Shown here one piece after another: positions 16,046-25,354 of a stretch of 64,000 nt of DNA. Each line of letters begins with the position of its first letter. The first letter of the stretch is position 1. A program made the position numbers and the translations under genes. A model generated the notes under the pieces. That model did not search any database and was not told the origin of the DNA. It saw only the letters and a program-made list of their open reading frames with translations. This DNA comes from Dehalococcoidia bacterium (GTDB taxonomy: Bacteria; Chloroflexota; Dehalococcoidia; Lucifugimonadales; UBA3495): the NCBI GenBank assembly GCA_034428795.1, contig DAOUHF010000131.1, forward strand, positions 24,382 to 88,381, in the 5' to 3' direction.

Positions 16046-16129
16046 TCATTCCGGCCCTCGCAGCCGGACCGCACCCACCGGGAAGTCAATTACGTCACGG
16101 GCAGCACCTGCCCATCCGGCTCACTATCA

Positions 16130-16414
16130 TCAATCCATCTCGGACCGCATGCCGAACAGGCGCCTGAAATAACCCAGGATACCGCCGGAGGGGCGGCGGG
16201 GCTTGTCGCCTGGGTCCCCGTGGTCCCCTTGGTCCATCGGCACCACGCCCTCCCCGGATAGGACGTGCTCCGGGTCCCGGTCGAAGGCCACCTTGCAACC
16301 GCGACTACAGAAGTAGTAGTCGGTGCTCTCGTACTCGCTGTGTCCTCCCGGCGGGTCCACGGTGTCAACCTCCATCAGGCACACCGGGTCAATCGCGATG
16401 GCCATCGCTGTCAC
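16130..16414 (-). CDS. YHS/TRASH-domain metal-binding protein
   Basis: DPVCLMEVD....YYFCSRGCKVAFDRDPE. Its start lies 1 nt after the copA stop. Confidence 0.7.
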   Translation of the reverse strand: MTAMAIAIDPVCLMEVDTVDPPGGHSEYESTDYYFCSRGCKVAFDRDPEHVLSGEGVVPMDQGDHGDPGDKPRRPSGGILGYFRRLFGMRSEMD

Positions 16415-16415
16415 C

Positions 16416-18737
16416 TCATTCCTGTAGTGTGGAACCGCGGAGCCGCAGGGAGTTGGCCACCACCGTCACCGAACTGAACGCCATGGCCAAGGCCGCCAAC
16501 GCTGGATTCAGGAAGCCCTGCTGTCCGAAAAAAAAGTCCAGCGACGCGGGTACCCCGCCCACGGCCTGAAATACCGGGTACAAAACGCCCGCCGCCACCG
16601 GGACAAGCAGGATGTTGTAGAAGAAGGCCCAGAACAGGTTCTGCTTGATGGTGCGGATGGTCTGTCGGCTAAGCATCAAGGCTGTCGCCACACCGCCGAC
16701 ATCCCCCCGCATCAGCGTGATGTCCGCCGAATCGGCGGCGATATCCGTGCCGCCGCCCATCGCCAGTCCCACGTCCGACTGCGCCAGGGCGGGAGAATCG
16801 TTTATACCGTCGCCCACCATGGCGACCACCCGGCCCTCCCGCTGTAGTCCCCGGACGATCTCGGCCTTGTCCTGGGGCAGCACTTCTGCTTCCACTCGAT
16901 CGATACCCAATTGGCTCGCCATGGCCTGAGCCGTGCGCCGGTTGTCTCCGGTAAGCATGACCACCGACAACCCCATAGCCTTCAACCGGGCGACGCCTTC
17001 CAGAGCTCCCGGCTTCAGGCTGTCGGCAACAGCGATCACACCCTTCGGACCGCCGCCGGCAGCCAGGAACATGGGAGTCCTGCCTTGGGCGGCCAGCGCC
17101 TCCGCATGCTGCTCCAGGCCGTCCAGCGCCACACCGGCGTCGGCCATCAATCCCCGGTTGCCAAGATGGACCACAACGCCGTTCACGGTGGCGGAGAGAC
17201 CCTTGCCGGGGATGGCCTGGAAGTTGTCCGCTCTTGCCAACTCAAGCCCCCGGGCACGAGCCTCGTCGACCAACGCTTGGGCCAATGGGTGTTCCGAAGT
17301 GCGCTCCGCGGAAGCGGCCAACCCCAATAGCTCCGCTTCCGAGACCCCATTGACGGCGAAGAGGTCCGTAACCGCCGGTTTCCCCGTGGTCAGGGTACCG
17401 GTCTTGTCCAGCACCACCGTGTCGACCCGGTGCGCGGTCTCGAGGGCCTCGGCCCGCTTGATCAAAATGCCCTTTTCCGCCCCTTTGCCGGTGCCTACAA
17501 TGATGGCCGTGGGAGTCGCCAGACCCAGGGCACAGGGACAGGCGATGATCAACACCGCCACGAACACCAGGGTAGCGAAGGTCAGGGCCGGCGCAGGACC
17601 CAACAGCAGCCAGAACAGGAACGCGGCCGAGGCCACAACGATAATCGTCGGGACGAAGTAGGCCGCCACCCGGTCGGCCAACCTCTGTATCGGGGCCTTG
17701 GAACCCTGGGCTTCTTCCACCAGACGGATGATCTGGGACAGAACGGTATCGCCGCCGACTTGGAGGGCGCGGTAGTGGAACGCGCCGTGGAGGTTCATGG
17801 TCGCGCCGTACACCAACGCGCCCGGAGCTTTGTCGACAGGCATGCTCTCCCCGGTCAGCATCGACTCGTCCACGGAGGAAGCCCCGTTAGTGACCTTGCC
17901 GTCCACTGGTATCTTGTCCCCGGGACGCACTAAAATGACGTCGCCGGCGACAACGCGTTCTACCGGCATCTCGACTTCCATGCCATCTCGGACGACGAGA
18001 GCCGAGGTTGGACGCAGTCCCATCAGGCGGCGAATTGCTTCGGAAGTCTGGCCCCGGGCCCTGCTCTCCAGGTACCTGCCCAACAGAATGAGGGCTACGA
18101 TGATGGCGGCCGTCTCGAAGTAGACCTTGGGTTCGAGGCCCGCGTTGATCAGTACGGCGGGAGCCATCCGGTCCAGCAGCACCACGACCGCGCTGTACCC
18201 GTAGGCGGCAATGGTGCCCATGGCGAAAAGGGTAAACATATTGGCGGCGCCGTGGCGTACGGCGGCGATCCCTGAGACGTAGAAGCCGGCGCCGGCCCAG
18301 AAGAGCACCGGCGTGGCCAGCGCCCAGAGCAGGAAGGGGTAGTATTCCAACGCCATCAGGCGCGAGACCCAGGGAAAGCCGGCGAACGTTCCGAGGAAAA
18401 GCAGTATCGCGCCGAGTCCGGCGAAGATCAGCCGGTTGCGCAGTCCCCTGGTCTCTTTGACCCGGGACAGCCGCTCTAACTCTGCCGCCTGGCCGCCTGC
18501 TTCGTTCGTTCTATCGGCCCGGTACCCCGCCTGTTCCACGGCCCTTTGCATGTCGTCGAAGCTGGCCAGGCCGGGAACAAAGTCGACGGACGCCCGTTCG
18601 GTGCCGAGGCTGACGGCAACGCCGCGGACGCCGGGAACTCCCTTTAGCGCGGACTCCACGTGATAAACGCAGGCGGCGCAGGTCATCCCTTCCACCGGGA
18701 AGGTCAGCCGCTGCGTTTCCTTCTCACTCGTAACCAT
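16416..18737 (-). CDS. copA: Copper-translocating P-type ATPase
   Basis: N-terminal HMA motif GMTCAACV, transmembrane CPC, DKTGTLT and [10 protein letters not shown]. Confidence 0.95.
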   Translation of the reverse strand: MVTSEKETQRLTFPVEGMTCAACVYHVESALKGVPGVRGVAVSLGTERASVDFVPGLASFDDMQRAVEQAGYRADRTNEAGGQAAELERLSRVKETRGLRNRLIFAGLGAILLFLGTFAGFPWVSRLMALEYYPFLLWALATPVLFWAGAGFYVSGIAAVRHGAANMFTLFAMGTIAAYGYSAVVVLLDRMAPAVLINAGLEPKVYFETAAIIVALILLGRYLESRARGQTSEAIRRLMGLRPTSALVVRDGMEVEMPVERVVAGDVILVRPGDKIPVDGKVTNGASSVDESMLTGESMPVDKAPGALVYGATMNLHGAFHYRALQVGGDTVLSQIIRLVEEAQGSKAPIQRLADRVAAYFVPTIIVVASAAFLFWLLLGPAPALTFATLVFVAVLIIACPCALGLATPTAIIVGTGKGAEKGILIKRAEALETAHRVDTVVLDKTGTLTTGKPAVTDLFAVNGVSEAELLGLAASAERTSEHPLAQALVDEARARGLELARADNFQAIPGKGLSATVNGVVVHLGNRGLMADAGVALDGLEQHAEALAAQGRTPMFLAAGGGPKGVIAVADSLKPGALEGVARLKAMGLSVVMLTGDNRRTAQAMASQLGIDRVEAEVLPQDKAEIVRGLQREGRVVAMVGDGINDSPALAQSDVGLAMGGGTDIAADSADITLMRGDVGGVATALMLSRQTIRTIKQNLFWAFFYNILLVPVAAGVLYPVFQAVGGVPASLDFFFGQQGFLNPALAALAMAFSSVTVVANSLRLRGSTLQE

Positions 18738-18804
18738 CGGCTACCGGTCGACCGGACAGACGGCCAAGCCGGCCCTTGCCGTTGACCGGCACGGCCGCCT
18801 CGAC

Positions 18805-19092
18805 CTACAGCCCTTCCACGAAGAACAGGTCGCCGTTGGAAGCGTTCATCCTCATTTCACGTAGAGGAATGTACTCCGGCGAGTTATACCACTTCTTGGC
18901 CTGATCGACGCTTTCAAACTCCAGGACCACGATGCGCACGGGACTGTAGCTGCCCTCGGCGACGTCGGCGGCGCCGCCGCGCACCAGGTACTTGCCGCCG
19001 TAGGCGGCGATGGTGTCGGGCACCAGCTTGCGGTACTCCTCAAAGGCCTCGGGATTGGTGACGTCGATGTTGCCGATAACGTAGCCTGCCAT
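18805..19092 (-). CDS. DUF1330 domain protein
   Basis: MAGYVIGNIDVTNPEAFEEYRKLV...LEFESVDQAKKWYNSPEY. ATG 19092 is preferred over the track TTG at 19113, which lies inside the repeat. Confidence 0.7.
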   Translation of the reverse strand: MAGYVIGNIDVTNPEAFEEYRKLVPDTIAAYGGKYLVRGGAADVAEGSYSPVRIVVLEFESVDQAKKWYNSPEYIPLREMRMNASNGDLFFVEGL

Positions 19093-19104
19093 GGCGAAAA
19101 TACC

Positions 19105-19252
19105 TCCGAACAAGTCACTTCCCCCCGATGCGGGAAGGTTAGGATGGGGGCACCGGCGCTCATTTGATAACTGATACCGTTAAGCTCTCCTCCGAGATTT
19201 CGGCTTTCGCCTCAATGACCATAATTGGACCATAACTTGTCCAGAGGTTCCC
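19105..19252. repeat. Family-1 repeat copy (one hairpin unit plus unique tail plus right TIR)
   Basis: CCGAACAAGTCACTTCCCCCCGATGCGGGAAGGTTAGGATGGGGG ... ACTTGTCCAGAGGTTCCC. The tail is near-identical to 698-790. Confidence 0.7.
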
Positions 19253-19315
19253 TAAAATACCTCTATATGAAATCTGGTCTTCTACGCGAAAATCTCCCGG
19301 GGCAGGTCGGGGCTG

Positions 19316-19610
19316 TTACTCAAAGTGAGAGACAAAGACTTCCAGGACGGTTACCAGCCGCAGGTCTTCGTTTATCTTGTAGTAAACTACTATCGGCGGG
19401 CTGGTCTGGTATAACAAATGCCCACGTATCGTCGTCAGCGATATATTGTGCGACCCGTGGGTTCCGCTCAAGAGTCCAATCGCGCGCCCACTTGGCGTCG
19501 TCCCATCGTTCGACACTGCCGAGTATCTCTTCGACCCGGCGAAGGAACTCCGGCGTTTCGCCTGGCGTTTCGACTATCGAATAGCGCTCGAAGTCCCCTC
19601 TATCCGGCAC
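19316..19610 (-). pseudogene. RelE/ParE-like small toxin-like gene interrupted by a 1-nt frameshift
   Basis: Frame A (19320..19610) reads MPDRGDFERYSIVETPGETPEFLRRVEEIL...DDDTWAFV and then degrades. Frame B (19316..19516) continues YQTSPPIVVYYKINEDLRLVTVLEVFVSHFE, a typical toxin C-terminal beta segment. The switch lies near 19411-19416. Confidence 0.45.
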
Positions 19611-20127
19611 TGTGAATCGCAGTTTCCCGCCAATACTCCTCGGCTTCTTGGGGCAGCGGGTCGGAACTGAGCCATGCCGTCTCGTAGGGAATAGTTTCCT
19701 TTGGCCGGGCCGCTAACCAGCCTATCTCGCCGTGGGACAAGTCGGACGCCTGTCGCGCCGACATATTCCACAGAGCGGAAATGGCCTCGTCCACAATCCC
19801 CACTTCTTCGGGCGAGAAGACGCTGACGTCGGGTTGCCGGAGGGCCACAATTCGCTGTTGAACACCATTAAAGTAGGGACGAAACTCAACCCCGGAGTCC
19901 AACATGCTTGTGCGAGCAGGCAGCATCTCGCGGGGCGCCGGTCCTTCGGAGAGCTTCCGGTATTCCGCCCCGGTTATCGGCTTTCCAAGACGCCGGTACG
20001 CATTGAAGTCGGCGTAGTAGAGCAGCTTGTTCAGCTTGACCGCGCCGAACCGTGGGTCTTCGTCGCTCTTGCGAGCTATATACAACACCAACTCGGAAAA
20101 TTTCGTTGGATTAAATTCTTGTGCCAT
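19600..20127 (-). CDS. Panacea (DUF4065, SocA-like) domain protein, putative antitoxin
   Basis: FSELVLYIARKS...GAVKLNKLLYYADFNAYRRLGKPITGAEYRKLSEGPAP. It overlaps the downstream toxin-like gene by 11 nt. The region is visibly lower in GC. Confidence 0.6.
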   Translation of the reverse strand: MAQEFNPTKFSELVLYIARKSDEDPRFGAVKLNKLLYYADFNAYRRLGKPITGAEYRKLSEGPAPREMLPARTSMLDSGVEFRPYFNGVQQRIVALRQPDVSVFSPEEVGIVDEAISALWNMSARQASDLSHGEIGWLAARPKETIPYETAWLSSDPLPQEAEEYWRETAIHSAG

Positions 20128-20287
20128 GCGGCACACTCCCAACCAAAAAAGCGCTTTCATCAATTAAGGGTAATTATACCGGTAATGCAGAGGCGTTAGC
20201 AGGCCCCTGCTGCCAGTAAGAAACTTCAACGGGAACGCCTACGGGAACGGGGCCCCTCCCGGTGTCGGACCAGGTTAGTTGCCGGCC

Positions 20288-21490
20288 TTAAACGTAACGG
20301 GGTTCGACGTCCCAAGGGATTCCGAAGGCGTGTTTGCCGATGAGCTCCAGGGCGTCGAAGCCGCTGATGGGGTGCATGGGGCCAGCGCGGACGTCCCGGT
20401 AGTAGCGTTCCAGGGGGAGGCGCTTGGCCAAAGCGGCCCCGCCGACCATGTCCACCGCCTTGTCCACCACGCTTACGGCGGTCTTCATGCAAAAGTATTG
20501 CATTTTCAGGGCGTCAACAATGATGGCGTCGTCCCGGTTGGCCGGGTCGGCCAGCCGTTCGGCCATTTCCAGTTGGAAAGCCCAACCGGCATGTAGGCCT
20601 ATATCCATTTCGGCCGCCAGAAACTGGTGGCCGGGGTAGTAGCTTTCCGGGTGCTTGAATGGGATGCGGGTGCGGTCTCGGGTCTGATTGATAGCGAAGT
20701 TCCGGGCCGCCTTGGCGATGCCCAGGTAGACCGCCGCGAATGTGCCTCCGTGCCAAGCCCACAACCCGCGGGCGTAAATGTCCCACTCCCACGGCTTGTG
20801 CTTGAACACCGCGTCCTCTTCCACAAACACGTTTTCCAGCCGCCAGCTATGGCTTTGGCTGGCCCGCATGCCCATGGTGTCCCAGTCGTTGAGACAGACC
20901 AGTCCCTCATGGTCGACCGGCACAAGGAAGATGAGGTTGACTTCGCCCTCTTCCGGGTCGTCGTATATGGCGGTGCTGGCGAAGAGGTCGCCGCCGGGAC
21001 TGTTGGTGCCGAACGCCTTCCTGCCGTTGACCAGGAAGCCCCCGTCGGTCTTGGTGGCCTTCACCGTAGTGTAACCCATACCGGTGATGCCTTTCATGCT
21101 GTCCACCTGGGGGTCGGTTATCGCCCCGAAAACGATCAATTTCTCGTCGGCGACGCGGGTCAGAAGCTCGTCGACGTCAAAGCCATCAGCCTTCAGATCG
21201 GTCATGACAAAGGGCAGGCCCAAGTGCATGTTAATCGCCAGAGCCGTCGCGCCGTCGCCTTGGGCCAGCCGGTTCTGGGCGATGCACATATCCAGGAGCG
21301 ATGCCCCACCGCCGTTGCAGTCGGCCGGGACAGGCATGGCGGTGTAGCCGGAGGCCTTCATGTCGTCGAAATTCTCGAAAGGGAATTTACCCTCCCGATC
21401 GTATTCGGCGGCCCGTTCGGCGAAAACGTCGGCGTGTTGGGCCGCCAAGTCGTACCATTTCTGCTGTGAGGGCGTTAGCTGCTGGACCAT
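20288..21490 (-). CDS. Acyl-CoA dehydrogenase family protein
   Basis: 400 aa with the ACAD three-domain length and an N-terminal pattern ...AERAAEYDREGKFPFENFDDMKASGY... Confidence 0.75.
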   Translation of the reverse strand: MVQQLTPSQQKWYDLAAQHADVFAERAAEYDREGKFPFENFDDMKASGYTAMPVPADCNGGGASLLDMCIAQNRLAQGDGATALAINMHLGLPFVMTDLKADGFDVDELLTRVADEKLIVFGAITDPQVDSMKGITGMGYTTVKATKTDGGFLVNGRKAFGTNSPGGDLFASTAIYDDPEEGEVNLIFLVPVDHEGLVCLNDWDTMGMRASQSHSWRLENVFVEEDAVFKHKPWEWDIYARGLWAWHGGTFAAVYLGIAKAARNFAINQTRDRTRIPFKHPESYYPGHQFLAAEMDIGLHAGWAFQLEMAERLADPANRDDAIIVDALKMQYFCMKTAVSVVDKAVDMVGGAALAKRLPLERYYRDVRAGPMHPISGFDALELIGKHAFGIPWDVEPRYV

Positions 21491-21574
21491 TCGTTCCTCC
21501 TGGACAGAGACTTTGGCTGGACTTCGCCTCCCCGCTACCCGACGGTAAACGATAGCGTATTCTAACCCGCAGGG

Positions 21575-21937
21575 TTAAACCAGTCCAACCATCGGCCCGC
21601 CATCCAGCCAGGAGTCGAGTTCTCCAATAACGGTCGCCTCCCTCGAGCCGGTGAGCGTTACAAGATAGCCGCCATCGCCCAGGGCGGCTGTAATCGCCCG
21701 GCCCAGGGGCCCTCCCAGGTGCTGGCGCCGTTCGATCCAGTCCAGGCAGCCGTAGGCCTCCCGGAGACGCTTGCGGTCTTCGGAGGGTCTGACGACGCCG
21801 AGGCCGGAAAGAGCGTGGTCTCCCGATCCAGTCGTTACGAAGCGAACGCGGCGATCGGAGGCGTCGAGCACGACCTCCTCCAGCCACGCCAACGATAGGA
21901 TCCGGTCCATCAGATAAACGCCGGCAACGCCCGCCAA
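21575..21937 (-). CDS. Hypothetical protein resembling only the C-terminal half of ArsR-type regulators
   Basis: GCLDWIERRQHLGGPLGRAITAAL resembles the CLDWSERRPHLAG segment of long ArsR-family proteins. I could not see an N-terminal wHTH. Confidence 0.3.
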   Translation of the reverse strand: MAGVAGVYLMDRILSLAWLEEVVLDASDRRVRFVTTGSGDHALSGLGVVRPSEDRKRLREAYGCLDWIERRQHLGGPLGRAITAALGDGGYLVTLTGSREATVIGELDSWLDGGPMVGLV

Positions 21938-22030
21938 ATGACCGTATCAGGTGCGGGCCTGCCGAAGCGGCGTGTTACGCCGCACCGCCCGCGCCGCCTG
22001 CGCGCTCAAGCTTGGGTTCATGCCTGGCGT

Positions 22031-22487
22031 CCTATCCCTTCCGTCTTTCCGGCGAACGCCGGAATCCACGTGGCCCCCCCCGTGTCTGTATACCCGCGAC
22101 ATCCCCCCGTCTTTCCGGCGAACGCCGGAATCCACGTGGCCCCCCGGTGTCCGTATACCCGCGCATCCCCACCGTCTTTCCGGCGAACGCCGGAATCCAC
22201 GTAACCCCACGGTGTCTGTATCCACGCGCATCCCTTCCGTCTTTCCGGCGAACGCCGGAATCCACGCGGCCCCCCGTGTCTGCATCCACGGCATCCCTTC
22301 CGTCTTTCCGGCGAACGCCGGAATCCACGTAGCCCCGGGTGTCTGTATCCATGCGCATCCCTTCCGTCTTTCCGGCGCACGCCGGAATCCACGTGGCCCC
22401 CCCGTGTCTGTATACCCGCGACATCCCCCCGGTCTTTCCGGCGAACGCCGGAATCCACGTGGCCACCCGGTGTCTGTATCCACGCGA
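22031..22487. repeat. Tandem array of 7 x ~62-65-bp units (family 2, core hairpin TTCCGGCGAACGCCGGAA)
   Basis: The unit ATCCCTTCCGTCTTTCCGGCGAACGCCGGAATCCACGTGGCCCCCCGTGTCTGTATCCACGCGC is repeated head-to-tail with only point differences. It yields spurious ORFs in several frames (WIPAFAGKT / SVFPANAGIH). Confidence 0.9.
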
Positions 22488-22513
22488 GTTGGCGCAGTTG
22501 AATCCGGTGAAAT

Positions 22514-22792
22514 TCAGCCTCCCCCGATGGCGGGGAGGAAATGAACCTCGCTGTTTTCCTGCACACGCTCGATCAAGCCGAGCAGGCTTGTCTCTCCGTC
22601 GACGATTACCGCGATGCCCGGTATCAAATCGTCTTCCTCTTCGTCGATCAGGAACGCCCGGGTGCCGGGGTAGTCCTTCTCCAGGTTGTTAATCACTTGG
22701 CGGACGGTCGCGCCGGCGACCTGTACCTGCTGCTTCCCACCGGTCAACTGCTGCAACCGGGGAGGAACCCATACCTCTGGCATTGGCGTCAC
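22514..22792 (-). CDS. MoaD/ThiS-family ubiquitin-like sulfur-carrier protein
   Basis: 92 aa with a beta-grasp-like pattern, ending ...HFLPAIGGG (C-terminal Gly-Gly). Confidence 0.7.
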   Translation of the reverse strand: MTPMPEVWVPPRLQQLTGGKQQVQVAGATVRQVINNLEKDYPGTRAFLIDEEEDDLIPGIAVIVDGETSLLGLIERVQENSEVHFLPAIGGG

Positions 22793-22857
22793 CCTTATTG
22801 AGTGTGGAATCAGGAGTGCGGAGTGTGGAAATTAATTCCGCATTCCTAATTCTTGAT

Positions 22858-25224
22858 TCAGCCGCCGTTTTTGCTCCAGAGGGCGTCCAAGACCCGCTCC
22901 GGCGACATGGGCAGAGAGTTCATTCGCACGCCGATGGCGTCGTAGATGGCGTTGGATATCGCGGCCATGGGCGGCACTATGGGCACCTCGCCAACCCCCC
23001 GCAGCCCGTAGGGGTGGGCCGGATTGGCGATTTCCACGATCACTGTATCGATCATGGGTAGGTCCAGCGACGTGGGCATCCGGTAGTCCAGGAAGCTGCT
23101 GTTGAGCATAGCCCCGTGATCGTTCAACTGGTAGCCTTCGTTCAGGGCCCAACCGATGCCCTGCACCGCGCCTCCCTGTATCTGGCCCTCCACGTAGCTG
23201 GGGTGGATGGCCTTGCCGGCGTCCTGCACCGCAGTGTAACGGAGGACGTCCACCTTTCCGGTCTCCGGATCGACCTCAACGTCCACCATGTGGACCGCGA
23301 TGGAAGGGCCGGCGCCCGGAGGATTCACTCCGGCCCTTCCCACGATGGGGCCGCCGGTGGCCACCTGGCGGGCGGCCAGTTGCTTGAAGGTCAGCTTCAG
23401 TTCTTGGTCCGACTTGTGCTGCAACACACCGTCGGCGTACTCCACGTCCTCTGCCGGGATGTCCCATATCTTGGCGGCCCGTTCGACCATCTGGCGCTTC
23501 ACGTCCTGCCCGGCCTCGTAGGCCGCCCAGCCGGACTTGAAGGTGGCGCTGCTGCCGCCGGTGTTCGAAGTGAACCCTATGGAGTCAGTGTCGCCCACCT
23601 GGGGTTTGATGTCCTCCATGGGAATGCTGAGCACCTCGGCCAAGTGCTGGGAAATGGCGGCGCGGCTCCCGCCGATATCCGGCGAACCTTCGGTCAGGCT
23701 CACCGAGCCGTCCGAGTTGACCACGGCTATGGCGCTGGCCGGGCCGGTGTTGTTGCCCCAGAAACCGCTGGCCATGCCGCGGCCCCGAAGTTTTCCGTCT
23801 GTTGCCCTCTCCCTACCCTCTCCCTGAGGGAGAGGGGTTGGGGTGAGGGGCGCTGCCGAGTGGGGATGGTCTTTCAAGGCCTGCAGGGTTTCGATGTAGC
23901 CCACCTTGGGAGTCATGGGCCCGGTCACCCGCCGCACACCTTCTTTGGAGCTGTTGGCCAACCGGAATTCCATCGGGTCGATGTCCAGCTTTTCGCACAA
24001 CTCGTCTATGGCCGTTTCCATGGCGAATGCCGAAGCCGGGGCCCCGGGAGCGCGGTAGGCGGCGGACTTTGGCATGTTGATAACCACGTCGATGGCCTCG
24101 ATATAGGCGTTGGGAATGTCATATTGGGCCATCATGCACTGGGCGCCGGGGGACACCGGGGAGCCGGGGAACGCCCCGGCCTCGTAGACCAGGTGGGCCT
24201 CGGCGGCGATCAGCTTTCCTTCCCTGGTCGCCCCGAGTTTTACCTTGATCCGGGTGCCGGAGGTCGGACCGGTTGCCTCGAACACCTCGGTCCGGCTCAT
24301 CTGCACCTTGACCGGCCTGCCTGACTTCCGGGAAAGCAGGGCCGCCACGGGCTCCGCGTAGAGCACGGTCTTCGCGCCAAACCCGCCCCCGATTTCCATC
24401 GGAATCGCCTTCACGTCGGCCACGGGGATGCCCATGAAACGGGCGGTGTGGTCGCGTACGGTGAACTGGCCCTGGCTGCTGGACCAGATGGTCAGCTTGC
24501 CGTCGGCCTGCCAGTGGGCGGTGCCGGCGTGGGGCTCGATGTATCCCTGGTGGACCGGCGCCGTGGTGGTCTCCTTCTCCACAATGACGTCGGCATCCTT
24601 GAACCCCTGCTCCACGTTGCCCAGACGGAACTCGAACTGATTGGCGATGTTGGTGGCCGGAGTGGCGTCGTCGTCGTCCATGTAGCCGCCGGGACGCAGG
24701 GCCGGGTTGGACAGGGCGGCCAGCCGTTCGTGCAATATGGGCGCATCCGGTTTGACGGCGTCGGCCGCCGACAGCACCGGAGGCAGCACTTCGTAGTCGA
24801 CCTCGATCAGGGCCAGGGCGGCCTCGGCCACGTGGGGGCTGTTGGCCGCCACGCCGGCGATGGCGTGGCCCTTGTACAGCGCTTTGCCCCGGGCCAGCAC
24901 GTTGGCGCTGAGGAACCCCAGGTTCTGGATGGCCCCCTCGGCCAGGTCCGACAGCTTCCGGGAGGTTTCCGGCCAGTCGGCCGAGGTCACCACCGCGTGA
25001 ACGCCCGGCAGCGCCGCTGCGGCGATGGTATCGACGGACTTAATCACCGCGTGGGCGTGGGGGCTGCGGAGTATCTTGCCGTGGAGCAGGCCGGGCAGAT
25101 TGGTGTCGGCGCCGTAGCGGGCTCTACCCGTAACCTTGTCGGCTCCGTCCGGCCGGACGGGCCGGGAACCGACCACGTTGAACTCTTCGTTGGAGAGCAC
25201 GATGTTCGGCTTGTAGTCCAGCAT
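22858..25224 (-). CDS. Xanthine dehydrogenase / aldehyde oxidase / CoxL-family molybdopterin-binding large subunit
   Basis: About 790 aa. N-terminal VVGSRPVRPDGADKVTGRARYGAD and family-typical blocks are present throughout. ATG 25224 has AGGAGA upstream. Confidence 0.85.
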   Translation of the reverse strand: MLDYKPNIVLSNEEFNVVGSRPVRPDGADKVTGRARYGADTNLPGLLHGKILRSPHAHAVIKSVDTIAAAALPGVHAVVTSADWPETSRKLSDLAEGAIQNLGFLSANVLARGKALYKGHAIAGVAANSPHVAEAALALIEVDYEVLPPVLSAADAVKPDAPILHERLAALSNPALRPGGYMDDDDATPATNIANQFEFRLGNVEQGFKDADVIVEKETTTAPVHQGYIEPHAGTAHWQADGKLTIWSSSQGQFTVRDHTARFMGIPVADVKAIPMEIGGGFGAKTVLYAEPVAALLSRKSGRPVKVQMSRTEVFEATGPTSGTRIKVKLGATREGKLIAAEAHLVYEAGAFPGSPVSPGAQCMMAQYDIPNAYIEAIDVVINMPKSAAYRAPGAPASAFAMETAIDELCEKLDIDPMEFRLANSSKEGVRRVTGPMTPKVGYIETLQALKDHPHSAAPLTPTPLPQGEGRERATDGKLRGRGMASGFWGNNTGPASAIAVVNSDGSVSLTEGSPDIGGSRAAISQHLAEVLSIPMEDIKPQVGDTDSIGFTSNTGGSSATFKSGWAAYEAGQDVKRQMVERAAKIWDIPAEDVEYADGVLQHKSDQELKLTFKQLAARQVATGGPIVGRAGVNPPGAGPSIAVHMVDVEVDPETGKVDVLRYTAVQDAGKAIHPSYVEGQIQGGAVQGIGWALNEGYQLNDHGAMLNSSFLDYRMPTSLDLPMIDTVIVEIANPAHPYGLRGVGEVPIVPPMAAISNAIYDAIGVRMNSLPMSPERVLDALWSKNGG
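23804..23850. repeat. Palindromic element (family 3) embedded in-frame in the molybdenum hydroxylase gene
   Basis: CCCTCTCCCTACCCTCTCCC-TGA-GGGAGAGGGGTTGGGGTGAGGGG has a 9-bp perfect stem (23816-23824 / 23828-23836). On the minus strand it translates as APLTPTPLPQGEGRERA. Confidence 0.7.
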
Positions 25225-25354
25225 GTTATGTCTCCTGAATTCAGGTTCGTCCAAGGGCTGTCAACCCGCCGATATGGTATCACAACCGCCGAAGCCCCCT
25301 GAGCGCCCCTGAGCGCCGGACGGCGTCGGACGACGGCATGACGCCGCCCCGGTA

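Noticed and set aside
16099-16113. Short hairpin GGGCAG-CAC-CTGCCC between convergent secA and the YHS gene, as a terminator
   Set aside because: The stem is only 6 bp with no flanking T- or A-run, so the evidence is too weak to annotate.
22031-22487. Possible CRISPR array (regular ~63-bp periodicity with a palindromic core)
   Set aside because: The whole 63-bp unit is conserved from copy to copy. There are no unique spacers between repeats and no cas genes nearby. It is a plain tandem repeat.
21947-22566. ORFs of 106-197 aa with repeated WIPAFAGKT / FPANAGIHVAP peptides
   Set aside because: They are read-through translations of the tandem DNA repeat in several frames and on both strands, not proteins.
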